A stretch of 63,993 bases of DNA, the filler included. It is 8 parts of 8 records of this genome, joined end to end, with 100 filler letters (N's around TTAATTAATTAA, not from the genome) between each part and the next. Parts side by side here need not be neighbours in the genome. Positions count along the whole stretch, not along the records: positions 1 to 8,604 come from SRR31147125_52990; positions 8,705 to 20,127 come from SRR31147125_53019; 6 more parts are not named here. One strand, 5' to 3'. Numbering within the stretch: the stretch's first letter is position 1; each line of letters opens with the position of its first letter. The position numbers and the translations under genes are program-made. The notes under the pieces were generated by a model that had not been told where the DNA came from, made no database searches, and saw only the letters and a program-made list of their open reading frames with translations. This document shows, in pieces, positions 1 to 9,676 of this stretch.

Positions 1-1179
1 AAGCTTGGAGAAGCTTATTCCGATGCATATGATGAAACTCTGGATAAGACTCATGTTTTACACGCAAAAACTATTGAGAGTATTCTGAGTCAAGAGGTCG
101 TTTATAATCTTGATTTTGAAAAACTATTTGAAGCTATTAATATCTCTGAAGACATTAGTGAAATCCTTGAAATTATTGAAACTATTGAGCAATATGTTGA
201 AAAATTATCGAAGCATAACTTAATATCATTAAGTGATGAACAACAGAGAATTAGAGATGAATTTATTAAGTTACTCAGACTAAAAAACAAGGAAATCATT
301 GAGCTACAAAAATTAGCTGGTTGTAGAATCAATTTTATCGAAAAAACAAAACAAATTATTTCTGATGCCAATTTGAAATTGAACTTGAAATCAAGTGCAA
401 AGGCTGAAGGGAAACTACAATTAAGTAGATTAAAGGCTGAAATTAAATCAAAGTTTGAAAAATATGGAAAACTAAAAACTTTTAGCGATGAGATTGAAAA
501 TTTTGATTATGCACTTTATAAAGATATTGATTTATATGAAGATATAAAACTGGTACTTGAAGTAAGCGAGGAAGCTTCACTTAAGGAGGAAGTATTGGAT
601 GGTATTTTGCGGTCATTTAATGGAGAGAGCATTTATAAAAATATCCTTAGATTATTGAACAAGAAAACCACGGTAAAAAGTTATCAGGATGTAAAACCTT
701 TATCATTTCAGAAAAAACTTGAAACACAAGTAGGATAGATAAAGAAATACATGTTAATCCCGAAAGATTATTTGAGATATTCAGATAATGAAACCTCAAA
801 AGATAAAAGTCCAGGATATAACTCAGAAAAATATTTGGAAATAATTTTAAAACAATCAAGTACAAAGTTGATTTTGATTGACCAGCCTGAAGATAATCTT
901 GGCAATAGGTTTATTTCAAAGAATTTAGTGCAACTTTTGAGAAAGATAAAGCATAATAAACAAATCTTTCTGGTAACGCATAATCCGTCAATTGTAGTAT
1001 ATGGTGATGCCGAAACCATAGTATTGGCTCAAAATGATAATAATAGAATCAGCTACAAGCAGATAAAACTTGAAGATAAAATAGCTCAAAAAGAAATATG
1101 TGAAATACTTGATGGAGGTGAATATATATTTAAAAAACGTTCTGAAAAGTATGATATTAAAAGCATCTTAAACAACTAA
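1..1179 (+). CDS. C-terminal part of a TrlF/Ppl-like ABC-type ATPase (5' truncated; in-frame TAG at 736-738)
   Basis: Frame 1 is open from 1 to 735 (coiled-coil-like), has one TAG, then continues in the same frame through signature-like KSPG, Walker B LILIDQPEDNL, H-loop FLVTHNP and C-terminal EILDGG. Confidence 0.75.
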
Positions 1180-1182
1180 AGA

Positions 1183-1506
1183 ATGGAGACAAAAGAATAT
1201 ACCTTGAAGATTGACCAGGAGGCAAAACAGATTTTACTTACCGGTATTACACCTAATTCTGTTGCAATTGATATTTCAGGAGATATAGATTTTACGAAGC
1301 TGGTTTCTGAGCTCACCGCATCATTGAACAATAAAATCTTATTATCACCCCGAGAGGGAAATGATTCCAGTGAAGAAGGTAACCTAAAACTGGTTTTGGA
1401 GACAATCGGTTCTATTATTGAAGAGTATAATAAAACGGTTACTTCATTGATTGGAACAGCGGAATCTAAACTAGAAGAAGAACCTGAATCTGATATTCTT
1501 GATTAA
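1183..1506 (+). CDS. Small acidic hypothetical protein (107 aa), coupled to the ATPase
   Basis: ATG lies 3 nt after the ATPase stop; clean ORF with acidic C-terminus. Confidence 0.75.
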   Translation: METKEYTLKIDQEAKQILLTGITPNSVAIDISGDIDFTKLVSELTASLNNKILLSPREGNDSSEEGNLKLVLETIGSIIEEYNKTVTSLIGTAESKLEEEPESDILD

Positions 1507-1584
1507 GGCTCGGATTTATGAATTTGTGGGATATTTTTTAAGTGGTAATACATGAAATTTGATAACGCTATAATTGAACGAGTT

Positions 1585-3498
1585 CTATGCACCATCAATA
1601 TATTCCATAAGATTGGAATAAACTTTATCGAACTCATCGTAAGAAAGGGATTTGTTATGAATCTGGTCACATAGCATTTTTGCTTCGACATTAGTTCTCG
1701 AAAGTTGCATCAGCCTTTTAAAATTTTTCATGGTTTCGTTTGTCATTCCATTCGCCTTTTTGAATTCAATAATATTTGGAGGCATCTTTATCTTTAATTT
1801 TCGACAGAGTTCATAGTTTAGGTAAGACTTTACAGATACTCTTACTTTGTTCTCTATATCAAGCTCATTCTTAAACCCAAAGCCGTTTTGATATAAATCA
1901 TCAAAGAATTGACAAACATCAGGGGAGGTTGTAAATACGTCTTTTGAATTACAAATTTTTATAAATTCTTTTCGCTGCATTAAAAAATACCCTAATAAAT
2001 CTAATTCATCAAAACAGATTAGCCTTTCATGTAGTTTTCTACGATTATGCAGGTACGTGGTTAATTCACCCAATGGATTCTTCATTCTTGAAATTGTTAT
2101 TAAAGCAGATTCCAAGTCGTCAAAAGATATACACATGGGATAATCGAAACCTTCGTTTTTTTCAAGTAATAACCCTAAATCACATTGAATTTGTCCGAAC
2201 CTTTCCTGTGTAATAATCATTGAAAAAATCCTTCTAATCTTTTGTATATTAATATTATCAATTTTCTCCTTTCTCTTATTAAATACTGTTACAGACTTAT
2301 TCTGATGAAGTATGTGTTCAACTTCGCTGACTTGACGGTAGGCATCTTGGATTGACTTCTTGAAATTTGTTTTTATTTTATTAAAAGATGTTTCTTCATT
2401 CCCCTGGGGTTCATGATATTTATTGGATTTACATTCAATTATAAATGCTATATCCCTAATAATTACCAATATATCTTTTTCGTTATTACAAGAATCCAGA
2501 TAGTAATTATTGTAAATTTGAATATTATTCCCGTTAAAAAGGTTTTCGAAAAGTTTTTTAGTTTCATTTTCTAAATAGGCACTGCGTAACCTGGTTCCCA
2601 TTCCATTGTAATTGAGATTACACCCATCAATCAGAAATTGATAAATTGATGTAATTAGATGAGGATGAAACGTTAAATAATATTCGTTAGAGTTTATTAA
2701 GATGAATGGTTTATTACGTAGGGGATTGGACGAACAATAGTAATGACTTTTATTAGATTCTGTCGAAGTGCTTGTAAATATGGTAAATAATATATCCAGC
2801 TTATCAGGTTTTATATTTCTGTAATCGGATTTTGATATAGCCATCTTGTGAGGCAATGAATAAGGTAGAAATAAATCTTTTTCATTCGAAAAGCAAGTTA
2901 GGCCGTCCTCAGACAGGTCAACATCCTGAGAGGTAAATTTGTGGTAGCAAGAATCAAACTTTTTTCTACTAATAACTTTTGATTCCAGGTAAAACTGGAC
3001 AAAATCAGAAATCATTAATCCTGAAAATTGCTCTATTTGTTTACCTACATTACCAAATGTATCTTCGATTCTACTAATAGCCTGTTCAATGAAAATGAGT
3101 TCTGAGTTTAAGTAATAATTTAAGAATGTGCTTGATGAAACCAATGATTTTTTGTATTTGTCAACATAATATTCAATTGCCTCACTATCGTAGAACTTAT
3201 TTTTATAAAGACTTTCAATTATTTCGAGGTTCGAAAAAATTTTTTGAACATCAATCTCTGTAGATTTTCCCTCGTAACTATTGATTATATGTAATAGAAA
3301 AAGAACCTGTTGTACTTTGGAAGATAGTTGTAAAAATGTATCGCCGGTTAATCTATCTGCCCACAATAAAAATACAAAATATGGAATGAAAGTGTTTTTA
3401 TCAAAGTTAATCAGATACTCAACTAACTCTAGGGTGCTTTCATCTATTTTCGAATTTAGACTCTTTGCCATGGGTTTAGAATAATAAACTATGTACAA
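1585..3498 (-). CDS. PD-(D/E)xK (NERD-like) nuclease-domain protein
   Basis: 637-aa ORF with motif E...EKDILVIIRDIAFIIECKS typical of restriction-like nucleases. Confidence 0.7.
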   Translation of the reverse strand: MYIVYYSKPMAKSLNSKIDESTLELVEYLINFDKNTFIPYFVFLLWADRLTGDTFLQLSSKVQQVLFLLHIINSYEGKSTEIDVQKIFSNLEIIESLYKNKFYDSEAIEYYVDKYKKSLVSSSTFLNYYLNSELIFIEQAISRIEDTFGNVGKQIEQFSGLMISDFVQFYLESKVISRKKFDSCYHKFTSQDVDLSEDGLTCFSNEKDLFLPYSLPHKMAISKSDYRNIKPDKLDILFTIFTSTSTESNKSHYYCSSNPLRNKPFILINSNEYYLTFHPHLITSIYQFLIDGCNLNYNGMGTRLRSAYLENETKKLFENLFNGNNIQIYNNYYLDSCNNEKDILVIIRDIAFIIECKSNKYHEPQGNEETSFNKIKTNFKKSIQDAYRQVSEVEHILHQNKSVTVFNKRKEKIDNINIQKIRRIFSMIITQERFGQIQCDLGLLLEKNEGFDYPMCISFDDLESALITISRMKNPLGELTTYLHNRRKLHERLICFDELDLLGYFLMQRKEFIKICNSKDVFTTSPDVCQFFDDLYQNGFGFKNELDIENKVRVSVKSYLNYELCRKLKIKMPPNIIEFKKANGMTNETMKNFKRLMQLSRTNVEAKMLCDQIHNKSLSYDEFDKVYSNLMEYIDGA

Positions 3499-3671
3499 TA
3501 TAATATTTTAGCTCTCACTATATTCAAATTCACCATGAAAAAAATATTGCACGTTTCGGGAAAACACTGCAGGAACTTGTTATTTCACAGTTTACATAAT
3601 CGTTTCAAACTAATTATTGAGTATCTTTCGTGGAAAGAAATAATCAACTCCTTACCATGGGTAATCTTCAT

Positions 3672-6600
3672 ATGAACAATGATATTATTGAAGCATTAAA
3701 ACATTTAAAAGAGCAAATTGATAATGGGAAAGTTTCAGTTCTCATTGGTTCAGGATTTAGTAAAAATGTTAGTAATATTTTCCCAAACTGGACGGAATTA
3801 TTGGAAGATATGGCATTTGAATTGTACGAAGAGGAAATTAATCTCAAAATTACAAAGCCTGAAAAAGAAATAAATTCTGACCAAGAATCCGAGAAACAAA
3901 AAACGGAGCATATTGGAGCTATAATAACTAAGATTGGTTACTTAGAGCTTATGGCTGAATACAGGAATAGAAAGGGCTTTAGGGAATCTATTGATGCTTA
4001 TATCGAAGAACATATTCCAATAATTGAAAAGCAATCAGATTCCTATAGATTAAAATATATATATAAGAACTCAGAGCAGAGTACCCAATTATTACCACCG
4101 AATTGTATAGACCTTCATAAGAAGCTCTTAACTCTTAATTGGAATAATATTTTTACAACCAATTATGACAATTGTATTGAATGCGCTTATATTGATAAAC
4201 AGGACGAGCTTCGGGATTCGAAGAAACGTGTTAAGGATTTAGAGACTAGAATTCAAAAGAATAACGAAAAAATTGAGAATGAAAACAGATTGATTGATGA
4301 AAAAAAGGTAGCTTATATTCAAAAGGATGAAGATGAGAACTCTTATTTGAGTATTGATGGCGATTCATATAATCCTCACTATGATGAAATTGAGAAGTTA
4401 GAAATTGAAAATGATAAATTCGATTTTGAACTAAAGCAAATAAGAAGAAAAATTGAAACAGAAAATATTAATGTCGTTAAACATTCGTCTGACCTTCAAA
4501 TTCAAAAGAACAGAAACATAATTAAGCTGCATGGTTCTATTCCTAAGAACAATAGTGAAAATTTTGAATTTGATGGTGATATTCATAAAAGATATGTGAT
4601 TTCTAAGCAGGACTATAGTGATTACCCTCAAAAGCATGAAGCATTTACACAGTTAATGAGGATTAGTTTACTTCAAGATGCATTCTGTTTAATTGGGTTT
4701 TCCGGTGTTGATCCAAATTTTATTGCCTGGATATCATGGGTTCGGGATATTATTGAACGAAAATCAAATGGTTCTCAACCACATGATTATAAAATTTACC
4801 TTATTGATGTTGATGCTGAGAAGGTAACTCCTGAGAAAGAACTTTTTTATAGAAATCATAGAATTGTTCAGATTCCTATATGTTCTGAAGAAATCATTAA
4901 ATTTTTTGATCAAAATTCAAAAGAAAGTATTGATAAAAAGAATAGAAGGCAGGTACTTGAATTCTTTTTCAATTTCTTGTCTTCAGACATCAATAAAGAC
5001 TATATCAAAAATAAAGAGGCTGAGTATAAGGTATTATATGAATTATTAAGTAAAGGCACTTTTGATGAGAAATATGATTTAGGAAAATTGACTGAATCGA
5101 TAAATAGTTTATGGAGACTTAACAATATCGCTCAGGTGGGTAGTAAAGATGATATGATTGACAGAACGATGCTAACGTTTCTTCAAAACTTTGACAAACT
5201 TTTTAATAAGTTCGATTTGTCAAATCAGATAGAGAGTTTTTATCAACTAACATTAATAATTTTAGGAGACTCCAATATTCCTTTTTCTAAAGAACTCCTG
5301 AATGATAATACATATAATGAAATAATTAAGAAGACTCAGACCGGAAGCTTTTCAAAAAGATTTAATATTCTAAAGTTGCACGAAAATGTCTTGTTAAATA
5401 ACAAAGAGGAATTTGATATACAAATTGAGCAACTTGAACTAAATATCGTAGATGATGAAGTAATATATGAAAAGGCGTTAGTGCTGCTATTTAATTTGAG
5501 ATTTACAGAATTATTGAAGCATTTAGGAGCATGGAGTCCAAAATCATATTTTATTGTTTTGAAAGCTAATCTTTTAGCATATCATGATATAAATGAAGCA
5601 TTTGAGTACTTGAAAAATTTTATTTATAAATCAACAGAATTTTCACTTTTATCACCGCAAGAAAAGCTATATGCACATCAGTTCTTACATTTTTTGAGTT
5701 TTTCGATTCAATTTAAAACTGATAAAAAAATATGGAATTCCATTGAGTTAATTAAAAAGCAAGGTTGTAAAGACTTGATTGAAACGGTAAAGAGCTTTAG
5801 AAATAGTATAACTAGAAAGATTAGTCGTATTGAACCTTGTAATACCGGTGGTTTTGAAAATGCTATAGATAAAAGTATCCCGAATCAGTCTGTCTATGGA
5901 ATCCAATTCTTGCAGTATTTAATAAAGTCAGGGTTATCTGTTGAATCCATGATGTTTAAGCTAATTGAGTATGATGATTGGTATGAATTCTTCAAAATTG
6001 TCTATGAAAAATTCCCAATCCCTTCGTTATACTATTCTTTGCAATATCAAAGTTCTGGTTTTACCAAAAGAGTTGGTCAAGACTATGTAAACTCAGATAT
6101 ATTGCATTCAGAACTAAATGAGATTTTTATCAACTTAAGTATTGCATGGGAATGTAAGGACACGCCGAACAAAATCAGAAATAATATTCTATATTTTATA
6201 ACGGAACTCCTAGTTGCGTTGGAACCAAAGGTTTGGGAACCCTTTTTTATGCGAGTTTGGAAGAAACTTTTACAAGATGGGCAACTGTTCGAAGATTCCA
6301 TGTTTCATGTACACGATTTTGTTAAAAGAGGATTAAAATTTCTGGAAAAGGATAATAATATTGAGTTTATAATTACCTCTCTAATCGAGAACTTGCATGA
6401 GGGGCGCTATGTGATAAATTATCTTTATTCTTTATCCACCAGTAAAACGATTATTCGTAACAAAGAATATTTATTAAATTCAAATGTTGTAGTTAAGATT
6501 GATGAAACTATTGAGAACTTAGGACATAATCTCATGTACAGCATTTATACTCTGGGAAATCTTGAAAAAATCATTACCACTTCCCAGATGAAAAGTATTC

Positions 6601-7505
6601 AAAATAAATTTAAAGAAGTTTGTTTCAGCCAACTAAATAGCGCGAATATTTGGCATGTTATTTTATACCTCTCACAAGGTGACAAGGAAATCAACTTGAA
6701 AATAAAGAAAGCAGTAATAAAGAATAAATATTTATTTGATTCGGGCATAACCATAAATAAAAATGGTCGAGCGTCTATTTCTCCTAATGAATTTATAGAG
6801 TTGCATCGGCTAAGAAAAAGTGTTTCTAAACCTTATGGACTGGAATGGACAAAGAAAGAATCAGAGCTTATATTTAAGAAAATATGTGATGAGTTGGATA
6901 GGATTGATAGTCTAACAAAACAAGGTAAAGCTTTCTGGGGGTATAAAGACATTATCGAGGAAATGAAAGTTTTTCTTATGGATGAAAAAGCAACCTTGAA
7001 AAATCAGCCCGATTATAGTCACTGCTTGGAACGCGCCCAAAATAATCTAAACCTTGAAATTGGTACTGGTAGTATCGAAAGACGAATTATGTCGGAGAAC
7101 CAAAAAGAATACTTCCATGCAATGGAAGAGATAACCAGACATTTGTTCGAAACGGAATCAATAGGACAATATTTTGGGAGTATAGATTATGTTTTATCTA
7201 AACTATTAGTTGGATTTGACCCAAATTTGCTGTTCACGTTAAGAAAGGTTTCAATATGGGTCAAAGAAATGAAAGACGATAACAGTATGAACCAATTTAG
7301 TGACAAACTATGTCGAATTTTAGATAAATACCAAACCAATTATAAGATAGAAGGATACAAGCCATCATTCCATTTATTTCTGGTGACAATTGCTGAGGTG
7401 TTAAATTATTGGAACATTAAGGATGATGCAGTCAGTTATTGGTTAGAGTTTAAGCAAAATTCTGTTTACAATAATGTTAAACAGTTTGAATTAGATATAA
7501 AATAG
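3672..7505 (+). CDS. Large SIR2-domain (Dsr1-like) NADase anti-phage protein
   Basis: Motifs LIGSGFS, FTTNYD, IIKLHGS and FCLIGFSGVDPNF..W..WVRD, followed by a long helical C-terminus. The ORF is open from 3630; ATG 3672 is the likely start. Confidence 0.85.
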   Translation: MNNDIIEALKHLKEQIDNGKVSVLIGSGFSKNVSNIFPNWTELLEDMAFELYEEEINLKITKPEKEINSDQESEKQKTEHIGAIITKIGYLELMAEYRNRKGFRESIDAYIEEHIPIIEKQSDSYRLKYIYKNSEQSTQLLPPNCIDLHKKLLTLNWNNIFTTNYDNCIECAYIDKQDELRDSKKRVKDLETRIQKNNEKIENENRLIDEKKVAYIQKDEDENSYLSIDGDSYNPHYDEIEKLEIENDKFDFELKQIRRKIETENINVVKHSSDLQIQKNRNIIKLHGSIPKNNSENFEFDGDIHKRYVISKQDYSDYPQKHEAFTQLMRISLLQDAFCLIGFSGVDPNFIAWISWVRDIIERKSNGSQPHDYKIYLIDVDAEKVTPEKELFYRNHRIVQIPICSEEIIKFFDQNSKESIDKKNRRQVLEFFFNFLSSDINKDYIKNKEAEYKVLYELLSKGTFDEKYDLGKLTESINSLWRLNNIAQVGSKDDMIDRTMLTFLQNFDKLFNKFDLSNQIESFYQLTLIILGDSNIPFSKELLNDNTYNEIIKKTQTGSFSKRFNILKLHENVLLNNKEEFDIQIEQLELNIVDDEVIYEKALVLLFNLRFTELLKHLGAWSPKSYFIVLKANLLAYHDINEAFEYLKNFIYKSTEFSLLSPQEKLYAHQFLHFLSFSIQFKTDKKIWNSIELIKKQGCKDLIETVKSFRNSITRKISRIEPCNTGGFENAIDKSIPNQSVYGIQFLQYLIKSGLSVESMMFKLIEYDDWYEFFKIVYEKFPIPSLYYSLQYQSSGFTKRVGQDYVNSDILHSELNEIFINLSIAWECKDTPNKIRNNILYFITELLVALEPKVWEPFFMRVWKKLLQDGQLFEDSMFHVHDFVKRGLKFLEKDNNIEFIITSLIENLHEGRYVINYLYSLSTSKTIIRNKEYLLNSNVVVKIDETIENLGHNLMYSIYTLGNLEKIITTSQMKSIQNKFKEVCFSQLNSANIWHVILYLSQGDKEINLKIKKAVIKNKYLFDSGITINKNGRASISPNEFIELHRLRKSVSKPYGLEWTKKESELIFKKICDELDRIDSLTKQGKAFWGYKDIIEEMKVFLMDEKATLKNQPDYSHCLERAQNNLNLEIGTGSIERRIMSENQKEYFHAMEEITRHLFETESIGQYFGSIDYVLSKLLVGFDPNLLFTLRKVSIWVKEMKDDNSMNQFSDKLCRILDKYQTNYKIEGYKPSFHLFLVTIAEVLNYWNIKDDAVSYWLEFKQNSVYNNVKQFELDIK

Positions 7506-7538
7506 GGCTTGTGAGGAAGAAGCTGTTGGTCAGTACAA

Positions 7539-7565
7539 TAACTTTGATGTATTTAGATAAGTTTG
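7539..7565 (+). promoter_or_regulatory. Possible Bacteroidota-type -7 promoter elements (TAnnTTTG, twice)
   Basis: TAACTTTG at 7539-7546 and TAAGTTTG at 7558-7565, upstream of the AbiV-like gene, with an A-rich leader lacking a Shine-Dalgarno site. Confidence 0.3.
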
Positions 7566-7599
7566 AGGAAATCAGAAGCACTGAATAATATAAAAAGAG

Positions 7600-8256
7600 A
7601 TGAAAGGATTTCTTAATCTATCAAATGACGAATGTCTTGAAGTTTACCCTACATTATTTGTTAATGCAAATACCCTTATCTCAACAGCAGAAGATGCTTC
7701 TTTGAAGGAAAATTACGGAGTTGCTTGTTCATTAATGATACTGGGAACAGAAGAATTGGTGAAGGCGTTGATTATTCTTCTTAAAGGATATGGTGTTAAG
7801 GTGTTTAAAATTAAAGAATTTAGAGAGGTTTTTCATAAACACAAAACTAAACATGAAACCGCATTGCTAATAAAAGCAATGACTACATTAATTCAAATTA
7901 TAGATGTTTTTGAAGCTAAAAAGATACCTCAAAAGAAATCTCAGAAACACTGGATGAATAAGGTTATATCAGGTTTGCAAAAAGGCTTTAAGGTAGTAAC
8001 TTTCATGGTTGAATTTGGTTACGATGTTTTATGGTGGGAAAAAGCTAATGATTTAAAAAACAACGGTTTTTACGTTGGATATCGCGATGCTTTATTGTTA
8101 CCACAAAATATTACAAAAGAAGCTTATCAAGAAGTTAAGATAAAGTCAGAAAAAGTAAAAACCCAAATAAGGGTATTTGAACTACTTCTAAAAAGAGAAA
8201 AAAATCCAAGAGAAATAGTTAAAATGTTGAACGAAGGAATTGAGTTGTCATCATGA
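7600..8256 (+). CDS. AbiV-family abortive infection protein (HEPN-like)
   Basis: Pattern NA..LI..AE...YG.A.SL.ILG.EEL.K, F..H..K and KN.GFYV. Confidence 0.75.
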   Translation: MKGFLNLSNDECLEVYPTLFVNANTLISTAEDASLKENYGVACSLMILGTEELVKALIILLKGYGVKVFKIKEFREVFHKHKTKHETALLIKAMTTLIQIIDVFEAKKIPQKKSQKHWMNKVISGLQKGFKVVTFMVEFGYDVLWWEKANDLKNNGFYVGYRDALLLPQNITKEAYQEVKIKSEKVKTQIRVFELLLKREKNPREIVKMLNEGIELSS

Positions 8257-8604
8257 AACTTTCGTTTCAAATATCTTTCTGTCATTTTGTGACTTCGCAA
8301 TAATTCAACTTTATTAACTAAATTCTTTCTGGAAAAATGATTTCAGAAAGGAGTCTATTTTATATGTACGTCTGTTGTGTCTACCCTTAAATCCTGTCAA
8401 AGTTATTAATAGCCAGCTGGAAAAGTCAAGGGCGTACCGATGAAGAAATCGGCACGTCCTTCGGATTTGTTCAGTTTTTTGCCACCCAATTTCCTGCCCA
8501 TAAAAAACAGACATAACCCCTTGACAAGAATCCATCCGGCTCGATGGCATACGCCAAAATTTAATGGCGTGCCAGAAGCCGATATAAATCTGCAGGGCAG
8601 CAGT

Positions 8605-8704
8605 NNNNNNNNNNNNNNNNNNNNNNNNNNNNNNNNNNNNNNNNNNNNTTAATTAATTAANNNNNNNNNNNNNNNNNNNNNNNNNNNNNNNNNNNNNNNN
8701 NNNN
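8605..8704. other. Artificial contig spacer
   Basis: N run with central TTAATTAATTAA (stops in all six frames). Confidence 0.98.
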
Positions 8705-9676
8705 TTTTTTTCCACAATCATGGTGTGTTTAGGTGCTCATTTTAGTGCGGTATGGATCGTTGTCGCAAATTCATGGCAACAAACACCTGCAGGACATCAT
8801 ATTGTTCAAACAGAAACCGGTTTTAGGGCAGAAATTGTAGATTTTTGGCAAATGGTCTTTAATCCGTCTTCAATGGACCGCTTAAGCCACGTTTATATGG
8901 GAGCCTGGCAGGCAGGAGCTTTTTTTGTACTCAGTGTAAGTGCTTATTATCTATTAAAGAAAAAACACATTGAATTTTCGAAAACATCCTTTAAAATTGC
9001 ACTCGTACTTGCGGCTACTGCTTCCACGTTACAACTGGTGACTGGACACTCGAGTGCTATTGGCGTCAGTGAACATCAACCGGCGAAACTGGCTGCCATG
9101 GAAGCTCATTATCCAGAAAATGAGCCAGCGCCACTTTACTTATTTGGCTGGGTAAATGAAAAGGAAGAAAAAGTACAATTTGGCATAAAAATACCCGGAT
9201 TTTTAAGCTATCTTTTATACCAGGATTCAGATAAACCTGTCAAAGGGCTCAGGGCCTTTGCCGAAGATGAAAGGCCTCCTGTAAATATTGTCTTTCAAAG
9301 TTATCATTTAATGGTAGCAATTGGGATGGGACTCATTCTTATCTCCTGGATTGGGCTTGTTCTATGGTGGCGGGGCAACTTGTTTAATAATAAATGGATA
9401 CTCGGTATTTTCGTATTTTCAGTATTGGGTCCACAAATTGGCAATCAGCTTGGTTGGATGACTGCTGAGGTAGGCAGACAGCCATACATTGTATACAATC
9501 TGCTTAAAACAGCAGATGCATACTCTCCAATAGTCAGTGCCAGTCAGGTACTGACCTCACTTGTTTTGTTTGGTTTAATATATCTGCTTCTGGGTGTTCT
9601 TTTTATATATTTATTAAATGAAAAAATAACAAATGGACCGGAAGTTGAATTTGATACGGAAGGGAAAAAGGCATGA
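8705..9676 (+). CDS. cydA: Cytochrome bd ubiquinol oxidase subunit I (5' truncated)
   Basis: ANSWQQTP, QPAKLAAME and GWMTAEVGRQP motifs. Confidence 0.95.
   Translation, partial: FFSTIMVCLGAHFSAVWIVVANSWQQTPAGHHIVQTETGFRAEIVDFWQMVFNPSSMDRLSHVYMGAWQAGAFFVLSVSAYYLLKKKHIEFSKTSFKIALVLAATASTLQLVTGHSSAIGVSEHQPAKLAAMEAHYPENEPAPLYLFGWVNEKEEKVQFGIKIPGFLSYLLYQDSDKPVKGLRAFAEDERPPVNIVFQSYHLMVAIGMGLILISWIGLVLWWRGNLFNNKWILGIFVFSVLGPQIGNQLGWMTAEVGRQPYIVYNLLKTADAYSPIVSASQVLTSLVLFGLIYLLLGVLFIYLLNEKITNGPEVEFDTEGKKA

Noticed and set aside
1-8256. TAG recoding (alternative genetic code) in the first contig
   Set aside because: Only one internal TAG; the 637-aa and 1291-aa ORFs contain none internally and end in TAG.
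8540-8582. Hairpin TGGCATACGCCA...TGGCGTGCCA at the end of contig 1
   Set aside because: Truncated by the contig end; no evidence for an att site, IS end or RNA family.
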